DNA of 61,276 nucleotides, counting the filler, from Globobulimina sp. (lineage: Eukaryota): NCBI GenBank assembly GCA_003354225.1. It is 19 parts of 19 records of this genome, joined end to end, with 100 filler letters (N's around TTAATTAATTAA, not from the genome) between each part and the next. Parts side by side here need not be neighbours in the genome. Positions count along the whole stretch, not along the records: positions 45,233 to 48,361 come from PIVH01003647.1; positions 48,462 to 51,590 come from PIVH01003648.1; positions 51,691 to 54,819 come from PIVH01003649.1; positions 54,920 to 58,048 come from PIVH01003650.1; positions 58,149 to 61,276 come from PIVH01003651.1; 14 more parts are not named here. One strand, 5' to 3'. The position numbers were made by a program, and so were the translations under genes. Positions 47,284-59,150 of this stretch are shown here, piece after piece. Position 1 is the stretch's first letter. The number at the start of each line of letters is the position of its first letter. Below the pieces are notes generated by a model. It saw only the letters and a program-made list of their open reading frames with translations. It made no database searches and was not told where the DNA came from.

Positions 47284-48361
47284 ATGTCACATTACAATCA
47301 CACCAAACGACATTACAATGAGAGTCATCCAAGATGGCACAACAACAATTACAACAGTAAGAATTGGACCCCTCGCAAATGGAGAGGATCAAGAGGCAGA
47401 GGGAGAGGATACAGAGCAAGAGGGAGAGGGAGAGGTAGAGGCCGTGGCAGAGGTCGTGGTCGTGGTCGTGGCCGAGGCCGAGGGCGTAATTGGCACAATG
47501 GACGTAACTACAATACCCATGGCAGAAATTATGATTTTCCATTTACAACGGATATCTCACGAATGAAATTAGATAAAAACATGGATAATTTTCTGCCTCA
47601 ATGTGACCGATATGCACCGGGTGGCTCAGAATGTGAGAATTTAGGAACAGCAACACCGGCATCTATTCGTTACATGAAATATCAAACATACTCAGCCACA
47701 GCGAGCCCAGTCTATGGTTTGTCGCAATACGAAGCACCAAACATTGCCACGTACACTGAGATTGAAAGTGAATACAAACAATATTTGCATGAATTAAACA
47801 TTGATGATAAGTATCCACGCTTAAAATATTATATTCGCTCAGAGTCGGATAAGAAAGATGTAATACATTTTGGTCAATTAAAATTATTATTATCAGAGAT
47901 CCGATTTTTAACCGAATACAATGAGTTGGGTGATGTGGTTATTTATGCCGGGGCTGCCCCGGGACATCACATCGAATATTTATCGCAGTTATTCCCTCGA
48001 CTTAAGTTTGAGTTATATGATCCATGTGAATTCAGCAAGAAATTGCATAACAATGAGAACATAGAATATCATCGAGAATATTTCACCAATAAATTAGCAA
48101 AAGAATTGGCCGAAAAATATCAAAAGAATGGCGAGAATATATTATTTATATCGGATATTCGGACTGCGGATCATCGACAAATGGAAGAAATTGAAAATGA
48201 ACAATGCATTGAAAGAGATAATAAATGGCAAAAAGAGTGGGTCCAATCCATGAAACCAAAGAAAGCTATGCTTAAATTTAGAATGCGTTAAGTAATTTAT
48301 TTTATATTTTCGGATTTGTATATACTCAGAAAAATGCGTGTTTTTATATATAGCATATCCG
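47284..48361 (+). CDS. Cap-specific mRNA (nucleoside-2'-O-)-methyltransferase, poxvirus VP39-like, with RG tract; 3'-truncated
   Basis: HFGQLKLLLSEIRFL, VIYAGAAPGHHI, FELYDP, LFISDIRT, MKPKKAMLKFR; intron 48287-48353 restores KFRMPYP. Confidence 0.85.
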
Positions 48362-48462
48362 NNNNNNNNNNNNNNNNNNNNNNNNNNNNNNNNNNNNNNN
48401 NNNNNTTAATTAATTAANNNNNNNNNNNNNNNNNNNNNNNNNNNNNNNNNNNNNNNNNNNNT

Positions 48463-48690
48463 CAAGGCGCTGCTACAACGATAAGAACCATCGCATTGAA
48501 TGATGAGGAATTTATTCGTTTTGGTGGTTCATATTTTGTGGATTGTAATGTTGCGAATGATAAATTACTAACTGATTTGTTTCCTGATGGTCATGATCCA
48601 CAAAGCAAACCACAATTTTTGTTATGGAATTTAACAAACAGTATTATTGAGAGGAAAATAAAAGCGCAATCTGTTGAATCTAATAATTGA
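48463..48690 (+). CDS. Short-chain dehydrogenase (RDH/WWOX-like) C-terminal fragment
   Basis: QGAATTIRTIAL...GGSYFVDC...LLWNLT matches the QGAAT..GG.YF.DC..LW tail of this subfamily. Confidence 0.6.
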   Translation, partial: QGAATTIRTIALNDEEFIRFGGSYFVDCNVANDKLLTDLFPDGHDPQSKPQFLLWNLTNSIIERKIKAQSVESNN

Positions 48691-48852
48691 TTTCAACCTA
48701 ATTAACAATGATATATACTGATTGATGACTAGATCACTGTAACAAAACACAAATAAGCTCATATTTTTGTCATTATGGAATTTTCTTTATCCTTGCACTG
48801 TCGCCTCGTGTCAGTGGTTGAGCTACTCGATCCGAAAACTTTTCTTAAGATC

Positions 48853-49798
48853 ATGTCAATCGAACTTACCAAAGCATGGGCGCACAATTATTATTGGATA
48901 AATATATCAATAGCACTTTGGTCTATGATGTCTTTCGTTGTAGCTATTATATTAATTATTGAGATAAAAATGTTTTACAATGAAATTTTATGCCGCGGCC
49001 ATAGTTCAGTTTGAAACAGAATTACCAGATTTAGAGCAACCACCTTCAAATTCGGTGTCACCAAAAAGTGGCAATAAGAATGATCAAAAAACCAAATCAA
49101 AATTAGTTTACATATTTCCAATAATTACATATTGTATATATTTTATATTCGGAGCATTCAGTATATTGTACAAACTTAATTTGTTAGGTACAGGCTGTAA
49201 ATATGGTACATTCGGTCGAGTTATTTTTTCTTTTGGAAAATTATTTATGTATTTTGTGTTTGTTTGGAGATTACATATTGTTTATACAAACTCAATGTTC
49301 GCGTACGGCACTAAAATATTAATCGCAATGACTATAATGATTATTGTTTGGGGTTTGGGCAATGTGATATTTAACGTTTTTACAACAACTAATCTTGTTT
49401 TACACAGTAATGGCAGTTTATATTGCAGCATAGATATGTATTTTCCTATGGTGATAAGTACTGTTTTATGTGATTCATGTACCTGTGTTTTATGTTGTTA
49501 TTTGTTTATCCGTCCATTGGTAAACGCGAATAAATTACAGGGTTTTCAAGGAAATAAATCACAAAGAATGTATAACATGACCGTGAAATACACAATTTTA
49601 ACATTTGTTGCTGTGATATCAACATTTATTATTTTCATTGTGGTTGGAATTGTAGATTTAGCCGGTTTGGTGGCTATAGATGTCATAGTGAATTGTTTTT
49701 GTATTATGCTGTTTAACAGTACTTATCATAAATTCTATGACATTTTGTGCTGTGGAGCAATTGAAATAGGATTTTCAATGATCCGTTGTTGCAAATAA
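48853..49798 (+). pseudogene. 7TM/GPCR-like membrane protein with a single frameshift
   Basis: TM1 lies in the frame of 48853; six more TMs lie in the frame of 48980. Removing one A at 48983-48985 gives a continuous FYNEFYAAAIVQF. Confidence 0.6.
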
Positions 49799-50076
49799 CA
49801 TATCCTAAAACAAGCTGTATGCACAACTGTAAACAATATATTGTAAATGCAAGTGAGTACAAACCCAATGCCAATATACTTTAAAATTAAACTAGAACAC
49901 AGAAAGAAGATCTTTTCTGTCGATATCAATACGTTTCCGGATCCTATCAGCATATTTAAATGATTTACTCGATAATGTTTGTAATCCAGACCGGCACTTT
50001 TCTTGATTGAACAATTTTCTTAGTGCAACACAAAAATAATTAGACAGTTCACAGCTAGGAAAACACTCAATTCCTC

Positions 50077-51408
50077 ATGGATGCTGTCCGGGATTCCATC
50101 ATTGCGAGTCATAATAAATTAATACAAGAATTAGAAGTGACATATTCAACTTATATCACTGCTTTGTTTCAACAAAAAGCGTTTATTCATCAAAAAATAC
50201 AAGAAAATCTTTATAAAGAACTATTTAAAATTGATAATATTGCGACAAAACACACTCAAAATAAACCACAAATATCAAGCAATAGAAAAAATTCCGAAGC
50301 ACAAATTAAGAGTCACATGGAACAACCCAATGTTGACAATATTGAAAAGCTCACAGAAAAACATGAAAAACATACAAAAGACACAGAATCGTTAAAACAA
50401 GACAAAATAATATTACCTGTAGGGGCAGATCATAAAAGTGAAGCAGAACTATTAAAACGTGCAGGCAATAAATTATTGAAACAAAAGAAATATCAAAGAT
50501 CAATTGTTGAATATACAAAAGCAATAAATTTAAATCCATTGAATGCAATATATTATGCCAACCGAGCCACTGCATATATCAAATTGAGGCATTATGCAAA
50601 AGCTGTGATTGATTCGTATGTGTTATGCATATTTCCTTTTACTTAATTCCATTATATGTCTGACTGTAATTGCTTCAGTCGCCAGGCCTCTATGATCGAC
50701 CACACTTATATCAAAGCATATGCTCGTGAAGCTTTTGCGGAATATCAAATGAATCATTATCAAAACGCGTATGATATATATCAAAATGCACTGAGAATAG
50801 CATCACCAGATAAGAATAAGAGACTGTATCAACAAATGCAAGATGGCATCAAATTATGTCAAACAGGAATACAGGACACAACACAAAATAAGTTGGTTGA
50901 TAAAAATAGGCGAGGGAAGGTTTTAAGTGAATGTAATAAAACATTTAAACAAAATCAATGTTTGCAAAAGCATATGGCTCAACATATATATATGTATATT
51001 ACATCAAAGCAAGCGGTCTGTCCTCATTGTAACAAACCGTTTGGAAGTAAGCAGGCGTTGTTGAAACATGTTGAAAATAATCACACTGTGATAATAAATA
51101 CAAAAGGATCAGAGTTGCAGTTATTTGACTGTCAATATCCATGCAGTGAATGCAACATTTCATTTCAAACACAACTTGAATTGGAAACACATATAAAACA
51201 ACATGGAAATGTAGGATTGAAGGAAATGGTTTGTTCCTCTAACAAACGAATAGAAGTTAATGCAGGATTTAATGACGGGAGTCATACAAAACAAACAAAG
51301 GATGATGAGATTGATGGGATGGAGATGCAGGTGATATATCCACAAAAATATTCTGGAAATGGTTTTTTGTATACATTGCATGTGCTAAAAACATCAGAAC
51401 AATATTGA
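50077..51408 (+). CDS. TPR + C2H2 zinc-finger protein
   Basis: TPRs (AELLKRAGNKLL...YTKAINLNPLNAIYYANRATAY); intron 50616-50678; fingers CPHCNKPF..LLKHVENNH and CSECNISF..LETHIKQH. Confidence 0.8.
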
Positions 51409-51533
51409 TTCGCATCTATCCAATTCAAAGCTCCTTGATCTGTCACTGCAATATATCTACTCAGACAGTCTTTATTCAATAATAACAATTGCAATAGAGT
51501 TTGTGCATTTAAGTGAATTGAAAGTAAAATCAC
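51381..51533 (-). CDS. C-type-lectin-like N-terminal fragment
   Basis: Hydrophobic leader, then RYIAVTDQGALNWIDANQYCSDVFST (W..A..YC); resemblance ends where it meets the opposite-strand TPR-ZnF gene. Confidence 0.4.
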
Positions 51534-51690
51534 TAATCGAATTAGTTTTCACTCGTCAACTTAACAATGGCGACTCCACCAAACTTGCAANNNNNNNNNN
51601 NNNNNNNNNNNNNNNNNNNNNNNNNNNNNNNNNNTTAATTAATTAANNNNNNNNNNNNNNNNNNNNNNNNNNNNNNNNNNNNNNNNNNNN

Positions 51691-51930
51691 ACATCGACAG
51701 AGCATCCGCATACTGTAGCTAACGTCGACATCGACAGCCCATTCTACATATATCGTAGCCAATGTCGACATCGACAGTCTATTCTATATCATAGCCAATG
51801 TCGACATCAACAATGTGTAGCCAACATCGATATCGACAGTGTATGTAACCAAAGTCGACATCGACAGTCACCATTGTACATTGTAGTCAATGTCGACATC
51901 GACAGCATATATTGTACGTCGACAGTCACA
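51691..51930. repeat. Array of about 8 imperfect repeats with core GTAGCCAATGTCGACATCGACAG
   Basis: Core with the GTCGAC palindrome recurs every 26-40 bp with variable linkers; begins at the contig edge. Confidence 0.85.
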
Positions 51931-52865
51931 TTTATCAAGTTAGTATGCTTATTATTGCTTCTATATTGCCTCCACTGCCTAGAAGTCGAAAAAGCAACAA
52001 ATCGAGAAATTCCAGTTTGCAACTTATTTGTAATGTTTAGTTTACAACTCCTGTTTTTTAGATTACTAAACTTCTTTCCAAGCAGGCATCCGAGATTCCA
52101 GATATTATTTCTAAAGTTACTAAAATCTATTTACAGTGGAGAGAAATTTTTTTAAATTTTTCCAATAAAATAAGTTTTTTCTGCAAAATGAGTTAAGTTA
52201 GGCCCACTAAATGTTTCCGTTACTAGCAAAAATAGATTTAGCTCGGTTTTGGAAGTTTTGAGAAATTGAATTTTCTATTATTACGTCATGTTGGTTCTTC
52301 TACGATTAGAGACTAAGTTAATAGATGATCGAAATATAAATACAGGTTTTCGTAGTGCAATACAAATGGTGAAAGAGATGCGACGGCACAATTTTACAAA
52401 AATTATCAAAAACCGTACAGTACAATTTTTTTCTATCACTACATATGTCAAGAAGGTACATTTTGCCACTCAGAATAGCTTAGGGATGATGGGGAAACTT
52501 TTCAGAAAATGGTTCCAAAACAATGTGAGTTAATATTTTAAAAATATTCAATAGATAACCATTAAAATGGTGGGAAAACACTCTTTTTGACCCCTGCTTG
52601 TTTTGTAATATTCTTTCTCTACTAGAAATAATTTTGTAAAAGTCAATTAATATGGTCTTTACAAACTTGTTTCTACCTTTTTTCCTTACTTTCTAATATT
52701 AAAACGGCGCTCAACGCAAAAATTAGGCTTGACAGAGAATTTTTTTTGAATTTTGTTTGAAAAAAATTATTTTAAAAAAATTTTCCGCTGTTGAATTTTT
52801 TTTGAAAATAGGGGCATTAAAAGGACACATCTGAGAGCATTTCTGGACTCTAAAGTAGTGTTAGA

Positions 52866-53289
52866 ATGAATGCATGTCAAAAAAATGTTGTCAATTCAGA
52901 GTCTATTACAAACCAATCATCATCGAGTATTCCTTGTGAAGTTGTTGCTGAGAAATCACCGGCCAAAGAACCATCAACAAAACGACAACATAGTAGTCCT
53001 CCTCAACAACAGTTGACAACCATTTCAAATGATGGGTTTGTTTTTTTTTGGTATAATACCTAATCTATCATAATTTATTTGCAGCGATGCTGTAGTGCAA
53101 ACTCGACAACCTCAACAAGAGGGTTCAGAACCAAAACGAATTCCTGGAAAACGTACAGTCACTTTTGCTCAACAACCTGTTACATCTATGCCCTTATTAT
53201 GTTCTTCCATAGCTAATGGTCATGCGAAAGCAGTTCTTACTGTTGATGTCAATGATGATTTAATGGTATCTGGCTCAAAAGGTACATAA
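52866..53289 (+). CDS. Low-complexity hypothetical protein, 2 exons
   Basis: Intron 53036-53084 joins two S/P/Q-rich ORFs in frame. Confidence 0.35.
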
Positions 53290-53560
53290 TAGTTTACATT
53301 TATGTATTGTTGTGAGTAGTAACAGTAGGACATAAGTGGTCCCAGTTTATATGTGTTAAAGTACGGGTTACGGTATACCCTGTATTTTCTGTATGCTTTA
53401 ACGTTGTGCCAAAACCACTTATGTCCTTCTTTTCCAAATGCAGTGCTTAATCGATGTTTGCCATCTATAACGTGCATATGCTAAAGCATATCCTCTTTTT
53501 CAGAGTGAAGAATGAGACGAGTATACCTTTTCCCCGTTTTTCCAATTGTCACTTCACTTT

Positions 53561-54131
53561 ATGAATTATTATGAACGATTACTGTTTGTTATTTATGCGA
53601 TGTCTTGTAATGCCTGTATAAAGTACTTGCAGTGGGTTTTTGTCTATTACTACGCAGATAATTTAATAAATGAGATAAGACATAAAATACATTTGAGTTG
53701 TAAAGCATGTTATCGTGAGAAAATGTTTAAATTAAGACCCGGAAAAAACCATAATTGTTTAAAATATGATGAGAATCTTATGTTGGCATATGAGAAATAC
53801 GGTCTAGATTGTATGAAAGAGTTTCCACAAAACCTATTGGGTAGATCGATTGTTGCCGAAAATTTTATGTGGGGTTTGAGAGAAGACTATATATATACCA
53901 GAAGAACATAGCCATATCCCTGGTGTAAAAAATAAGATTCCACTTGAATATTATCGTGACAACTTCTGGAAAATCCAAGAACTTGTTGAAAAACTCGAAA
54001 AGGAACTTAAATCTCATATATTTTTTCGTGTTCATAAGCCCTGTATGTTGTGTTATGACGAAAGAGTGTTTTTGACCCGTATCTATCACGATTTCAAATA
54101 TGTTTATGGCGTAAAGAAAAGGCTAATATGA
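53561..54131 (+). pseudogene. Cys/His-motif protein frameshifted in a (TA)n tract
   Basis: SCKACYREKMFKLRPGKNHNCL motif; after TATATATATA (53888-53897) coding continues in another frame as IPEEHSHIPGVKNKIPLEYYRDNFW...HKPCMLC...KKRLI*. Confidence 0.55.
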
Positions 54132-54210
54132 GTGACTAGAGCCTGATCTTATATAAAACTAATGAAGAGAGAAGAAGAGCTACGATTATATGCATTGTCA
54201 TTGTATCAAT

Positions 54211-54639
54211 ATGAATGTTAAATTACAGTTTGTTAAATTGTCGCCTAATGCTAAAACGCCAACCAGAGGGTCGGAAAGAGCCGCTGGGCTAGATTTGTAC
54301 AGTGCTTATGACTACATCATCCCGAGTAGCGGAAAGTGTTTGTGTAAGACAGACATTGGGTTCGCAATTCCAGATGGCTGTTATGGACGAATTGCCCCAC
54401 GTTCTGGTTTAGCTGTTAATTATTCCATAGATGTCGGTGCTGGTGTCTTAGATGGTGATTACAGGGGAAATGTTGCTATACTTTTGTTCAATTTTGGCAA
54501 TGAAGAATATCGGATATCCAAGCATGACAGAATTGGTCAAATAATTCTTGAACGGATTTTTATGCCAGAATTGCAAGAATGTGTTCATTTGGATCAAACA
54601 CAAAGAAACTGTTCCGGATTTGGCTCTACTGACAAGTGA
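54211..54639 (+). CDS. dut: Trimeric dUTPase
   Basis: All five motifs present: [36 protein letters not shown]. Confidence 0.95.
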   Translation: MNVKLQFVKLSPNAKTPTRGSERAAGLDLYSAYDYIIPSSGKCLCKTDIGFAIPDGCYGRIAPRSGLAVNYSIDVGAGVLDGDYRGNVAILLFNFGNEEYRISKHDRIGQIILERIFMPELQECVHLDQTQRNCSGFGSTDK

Positions 54640-54920
54640 GAGAAGATTATGACGAGTTTTTCGTAGTCAGTTGTTGTTATACAGTTAGGTTATTGTTGAA
54701 AAAATATTAGCTTTACAATGGTTTGTTCTAACTTTTCTGTGTTTATTTCATTGAATACCTTTTTTAAATTAGTAAATTAGTTTCTTTGTGTTTGATCCAA
54801 ATGAACACATTCTTGCAATNNNNNNNNNNNNNNNNNNNNNNNNNNNNNNNNNNNNNNNNNNNNTTAATTAATTAANNNNNNNNNNNNNNNNNNNNNNNNN
54901 NNNNNNNNNNNNNNNNNNNC

Positions 54921-55769
54921 AATACTTTGAAAAAATGGGATGAAAACACAATTTATAGCGATTATCCATTACCAAATAATGATATATTATTTGATGGGGA
55001 CATTGATGACAAATATGCAGAATTACGCCCATGGAATGCTTATATGAAATGGTTTCCTGTTTTGAGATATTATGGTTTGTTAATACAACAACTTAGATAT
55101 AAATATCGAATGGAAATGGTTTATTTCTTACAAAAATGGTTTAAGAATAGATTTATTATTTCAATACATTTGAGAACGGGCAGAAACGAGAATGGATTTA
55201 ATCGATATTCTCCGTCCGATAAAGATATCGTTTACCAAATAAAAAATAATATGCTGCGAATATTTGAATATTATATTCGTAATAGTACAAAATATAGAAA
55301 CATTCATAATTTTGGATTCTTTGTTTCAAGCGATTATTTTGGAGCAGTTTCTTTAATCAGGAATTTATTAAAAACTTTATGGAATAATATGACAAATATA
55401 TATACGGAATGGGATAAAATTGGCAATATAACCAATGTTAATTGGGATGAAATAGTTTTTACTCGAACAAAAGTTGAATGGTCCAATCAAAATAAATTTA
55501 CTTTTGGTAAAAATGGTCAAACAGCAGACTGTGTAATTGATGCAAAAGATGCATATATTGATAGTGAATTGTTAGGTTTTAGCGATGTTTTAATATTGCC
55601 ATATGTCTCAACATTTACTCGTTTGAGCAGAGCATTGATGATGAAACGGAAAAAGTTTATTTGTCATTCGGTCACAAATTCAAGGAAATACAGAGCAAAT
55701 TGGTTTTGTAAGGATTTTAAATCAAAAAAGCAATGGAAATATGAAATTGATTGCTGTAATAAAACATAA
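54921..55769 (+). CDS. GDP-fucose-type glycosyltransferase (NodZ/FUT8/FUT1-like motifs), 5'-truncated
   Basis: IISIHLRTG (motif I), FFVSSD (motif II), AYIDSELLGFSDVLILPYVSTF (motif III). Confidence 0.7.
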   Translation, partial: NTLKKWDENTIYSDYPLPNNDILFDGDIDDKYAELRPWNAYMKWFPVLRYYGLLIQQLRYKYRMEMVYFLQKWFKNRFIISIHLRTGRNENGFNRYSPSDKDIVYQIKNNMLRIFEYYIRNSTKYRNIHNFGFFVSSDYFGAVSLIRNLLKTLWNNMTNIYTEWDKIGNITNVNWDEIVFTRTKVEWSNQNKFTFGKNGQTADCVIDAKDAYIDSELLGFSDVLILPYVSTFTRLSRALMMKRKKFICHSVTNSRKYRANWFCKDFKSKKQWKYEIDCCNKT

Positions 55770-55894
55770 TAATGCAAAAAACACTAAACGTTAAACTTGA
55801 ATAGATCCTAACACAGAAATGGCGAGATATAATATTTAACAAAATGAACAATTTTTTGAGCGCTGTACAGTTTAATTCGAAATCAAAGACAACA

Positions 55895-58048
55895 TTATTT
55901 GCCCCAGAAATTTCTCCTTGAGGGATGTTCTTTGATTGATTGTTGTTTACAAAACTTTGACAATGCTTTGACATTTAATTTTTTTGCTCTATGCAATTGT
56001 CTTTGAATATGTACGATTATAACATTATTTCTTCGCAAATTGTAGGATACGTTTCGGAATAATTCAATTTTATCATACACATTAAATAACAATTCCATTT
56101 GTTTCGGATTTACTTTTTGCAATTTTGATATTTTTAATAATTCGTCCGCTTGAAATGCGTCCTTTAAAAAAACACCCAAATATGGTATTGCCGGCGCAGA
56201 TAAACTCCATAAACTTTCCCGTAACGAAGCATGATTCCTGGAATGGTCAATTAATTTTGCAATTTTTTGCATAAATTCTTTTAATTGAATCATATTTGTC
56301 AATATTTGTAAGTCATTATTAAAATATTTCATATCCGTACTGCTCAATGCCAAATATATCTGTACCGCACCATACATATTGCCCAACGACAACAATTCAA
56401 TCCCAATTCTACATATTTTTTCAATTGTTTTTTTTCGATTTTTACAACATTCGACAGCAATCTCAAACTTTGCCCAAACTGTAATTGATTCCATAAATAT
56501 TATCAATTCCGCAATGTTTGGAGCAGTGATATATTTATCTTTTTTTGTCCAAGCTTTCCGTAACAACTCACAAGGTCGAATTGCTGCAAACAAATCAAAT
56601 GCAATTAAGGTTATTTGTTGTGCAAATCCACGACAATGATCCAATAAAAATATTGCTTCTGAATTATCATTTGCGTGAAATATAGAAAATGCTGATTTTG
56701 TGTGCTGGACATCGTATGATTTCACCACATTTAAAGAATTTGAGTTTTGTTTTTTCTTTTCATCCATATTTTTATTTTTATGTTTCAGAGATTTGAATGG
56801 CAGTGATCTATGCAAACGTAATTCAAGTTCATTATAAGTATCATGCGCCACTTGTAATGTGTTTATTGTGTTACTTTTTTTTAATTGTTGTATTTCTTTT
56901 CTTTCACATGCCAGGAATTGATGGCTAGAATGTCGTTTTTGTAAAACATAATGGAAAAACTTTTGCTTTATTTCATCTTTTTTAGCAATCTTTTGATACC
57001 AACTCAAATCTGACGGAATATCTTTTGTTTCTTTATTACACAAATCCTGTTGAAAATAATCAGTTTCTTCATCAGAATCTTGGCTGTCGGACAAGAAACT
57101 ATTTAAACCATTTTGTAACATTATTTTTGAGCTGATATTGGCTGCCATTGTTGGTGAATTTGCTATATTTAAATCATTGTTGGCTAATGCTTGTAATTCA
57201 GAATTTAATTGTTTTTGTAATGAATACTGATCCCGATAGCTTTTAATTAATTTTTGTGTCGCTTTATAAATTGATAAATGTTCATTTCTGCCATTTGTTT
57301 GTTGCAATAGAAAAGAAATAAATTTATTCAATAATAATCTACATTTGCTACATTGTGCAAAATCTTCAAACCATAAGAAATTGACCCATTTTATACAGAA
57401 ATTAATAACTTTTAACGTTCCCGCTGTCTCATTCAATTCAAAGTTTTGGCAAAATGAATTAATTAATAATTGCATTAACTGTGACGATGTTGCAAATAAT
57501 CGATGCACAAGACACAATTCTGCTATTTTGCGATTATTTGTTAATGAATCCGTCAAATATGAATATATATCTATTTGCTCCGTATCTGTCCCTTCAATCA
57601 CTAATTCAATGACGCATTTCGCGCATAAATATACTGACAAATTATTATGTTTCCTCGATACCCCTTCAATCCAATATTCTTTCTCTCTCTCTTCTTCTTT
57701 CTCATCTTTATCGGCATCATGTTGATATTTTTTATTACACGAAATACATAAAATATTATCCTTGTTTCTGTTTATATTCATATCCATATTATATTGCCAT
57801 TCAACAACATCACAGTTACAATAAGCTCTCAGTACTCCACAGCACATATTTTTATGCATAGCATCATCGTCGCCAATTATGTCAAAACAATCAGTTTCGT
57901 CATATTGGCAAATATTATATTTCGTATTAAGTCTCAGCATAATACCATCTTTATAGTCATTTAAATATTGTTTCATTCCGCCGGATCGATCATTCTTTTG
58001 CCTTTTCCTTGTTTCTACAGATCGATTATCAAAAAACCAATATAAATT
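55895..58048 (-). CDS. RasGEF (REM + CDC25 domains), 5'-truncated
   Basis: LVHRLFATSSQLMQLL, KVINFCIKWV (REM); FAQQITLIAFDLFAAIRPCEL, APNI, GNMYGAVQIYLALSS, PAIPYLGVFLKD (CDC25); Cys-rich region upstream. Confidence 0.85.
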   Translation of the reverse strand, partial: NLYWFFDNRSVETRKRQKNDRSGGMKQYLNDYKDGIMLRLNTKYNICQYDETDCFDIIGDDDAMHKNMCCGVLRAYCNCDVVEWQYNMDMNINRNKDNILCISCNKKYQHDADKDEKEEEREKEYWIEGVSRKHNNLSVYLCAKCVIELVIEGTDTEQIDIYSYLTDSLTNNRKIAELCLVHRLFATSSQLMQLLINSFCQNFELNETAGTLKVINFCIKWVNFLWFEDFAQCSKCRLLLNKFISFLLQQTNGRNEHLSIYKATQKLIKSYRDQYSLQKQLNSELQALANNDLNIANSPTMAANISSKIMLQNGLNSFLSDSQDSDEETDYFQQDLCNKETKDIPSDLSWYQKIAKKDEIKQKFFHYVLQKRHSSHQFLACERKEIQQLKKSNTINTLQVAHDTYNELELRLHRSLPFKSLKHKNKNMDEKKKQNSNSLNVVKSYDVQHTKSAFSIFHANDNSEAIFLLDHCRGFAQQITLIAFDLFAAIRPCELLRKAWTKKDKYITAPNIAELIIFMESITVWAKFEIAVECCKNRKKTIEKICRIGIELLSLGNMYGAVQIYLALSSTDMKYFNNDLQILTNMIQLKEFMQKIAKLIDHSRNHASLRESLWSLSAPAIPYLGVFLKDAFQADELLKISKLQKVNPKQMELLFNVYDKIELFRNVSYNLRRNNVIIVHIQRQLHRAKKLNVKALSKFCKQQSIKEHPSRRNFWGK

Positions 58049-58471
58049 NNNNNNNNNNNNNNNNNNNNNNNNNNNNNNNNNNNNNNNNNNNNTTAATTAA
58101 TTAANNNNNNNNNNNNNNNNNNNNNNNNNNNNNNNNNNNNNNNNNNNNAATCCAATAAATTGCAATTCATGATCAATATAATTAATAATTTCCCCTTCAT
58201 TTATTTGCTTGGATTTTTGGTGCTGTTGATTGCCACCAAATATTTTTCATTTTTCATTCTTAATTCATTCATATGATGAGGTCGCCTCAGGGATTGAACT
58301 TGAATCTTCTGGATCCATACATCCAGCGCTCTACTTGAGCTAGGCAATAATTCATATGCATATCAATCAAATTCCGTTAAATATGCGAGCATGTGTTGCT
58401 GCAAATAAATAAACATAACTCCACTAAATATAATATATTACGATGAGACACAAATAATAATTTGTTTATAC

Positions 58472-59035
58472 CTCTTCAAAGGAGGTATATCCAAACCATG
58501 TGTTTGTTTCATATTTTATTGGTTGTTTGGTATCAGAATTTACATAGTTTTCAATGATCCAATCCACGTAAAAGGACATTAATTTCCGTTTGATTGCAGC
58601 AAAATAGCCAATACATATAAAGAACAAACTGAGTACAATTACTGCGATGTTTAATATACGAATTTCCTGTAAGGATTCATATGTGTCATTCATATTATTT
58701 ATAGATGCCACAAATAATAATAATGCGGCGCGTAAATAATTTTTTGGGATGAATGTGTAATATTCATTGTGAGCGTAGTATGGGATTAATTTCGCAATCT
58801 GTAGGCATGATATTTATGCGTAAAACAAATGCAAAACTGTTATGTATCTTAACCTTCATTAACCACAAACTGTTGGAAACACCAGGCCTATATGTCATTA
58901 TATGTTAAATTAAATGTAGATGGCAACAAATGTATAGATATAGATCCTAACCTCCATCCACCAGCAGCTAATGTGTCGTGAATAACAAATATGGAAATAA
59001 TTAGTTCGATAACAATGTTTATTACTTGCGGGCAT
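58472..59035 (-). pseudogene. Multi-exon membrane protein remnant
   Basis: Introns 58888-58951 and 58799-58853 join three exons in frame, with a donor at 58471; there is no in-frame start and the downstream exon contains stops. Confidence 0.35.
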
Positions 59036-59150
59036 TTAATTCATATTCAAATTTACTCAATATTTTGTTGATTATTTTATTTATGTTGAACGTAGATGGT
59101 AAGATTTGTTCCCTCCTATATGCACAGCACATTGAGCACAACGCAACATA

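Larger units (their letters stand above)
51691..54819. mobile_element. Possible Maverick/Polinton-like or viral segment, probably from a different genome
   Basis: Repeat array at the edge, Cx2C-x12-HxC ORF, intronless dUTPase, decayed ORFs; no integrase, pPolB or capsid gene in view. Confidence 0.35.

Noticed and set aside
47255-47566. Alternative-frame ORFs over the RG tract, and other short antisense ORFs in the track
   Set aside because: Shadows of the real genes on the other strand or frame; no independent motifs.
51691-51930. CRISPR array
   Set aside because: Linkers are too short, variable and mutually related, repeats are degenerate, and there are no cas genes.
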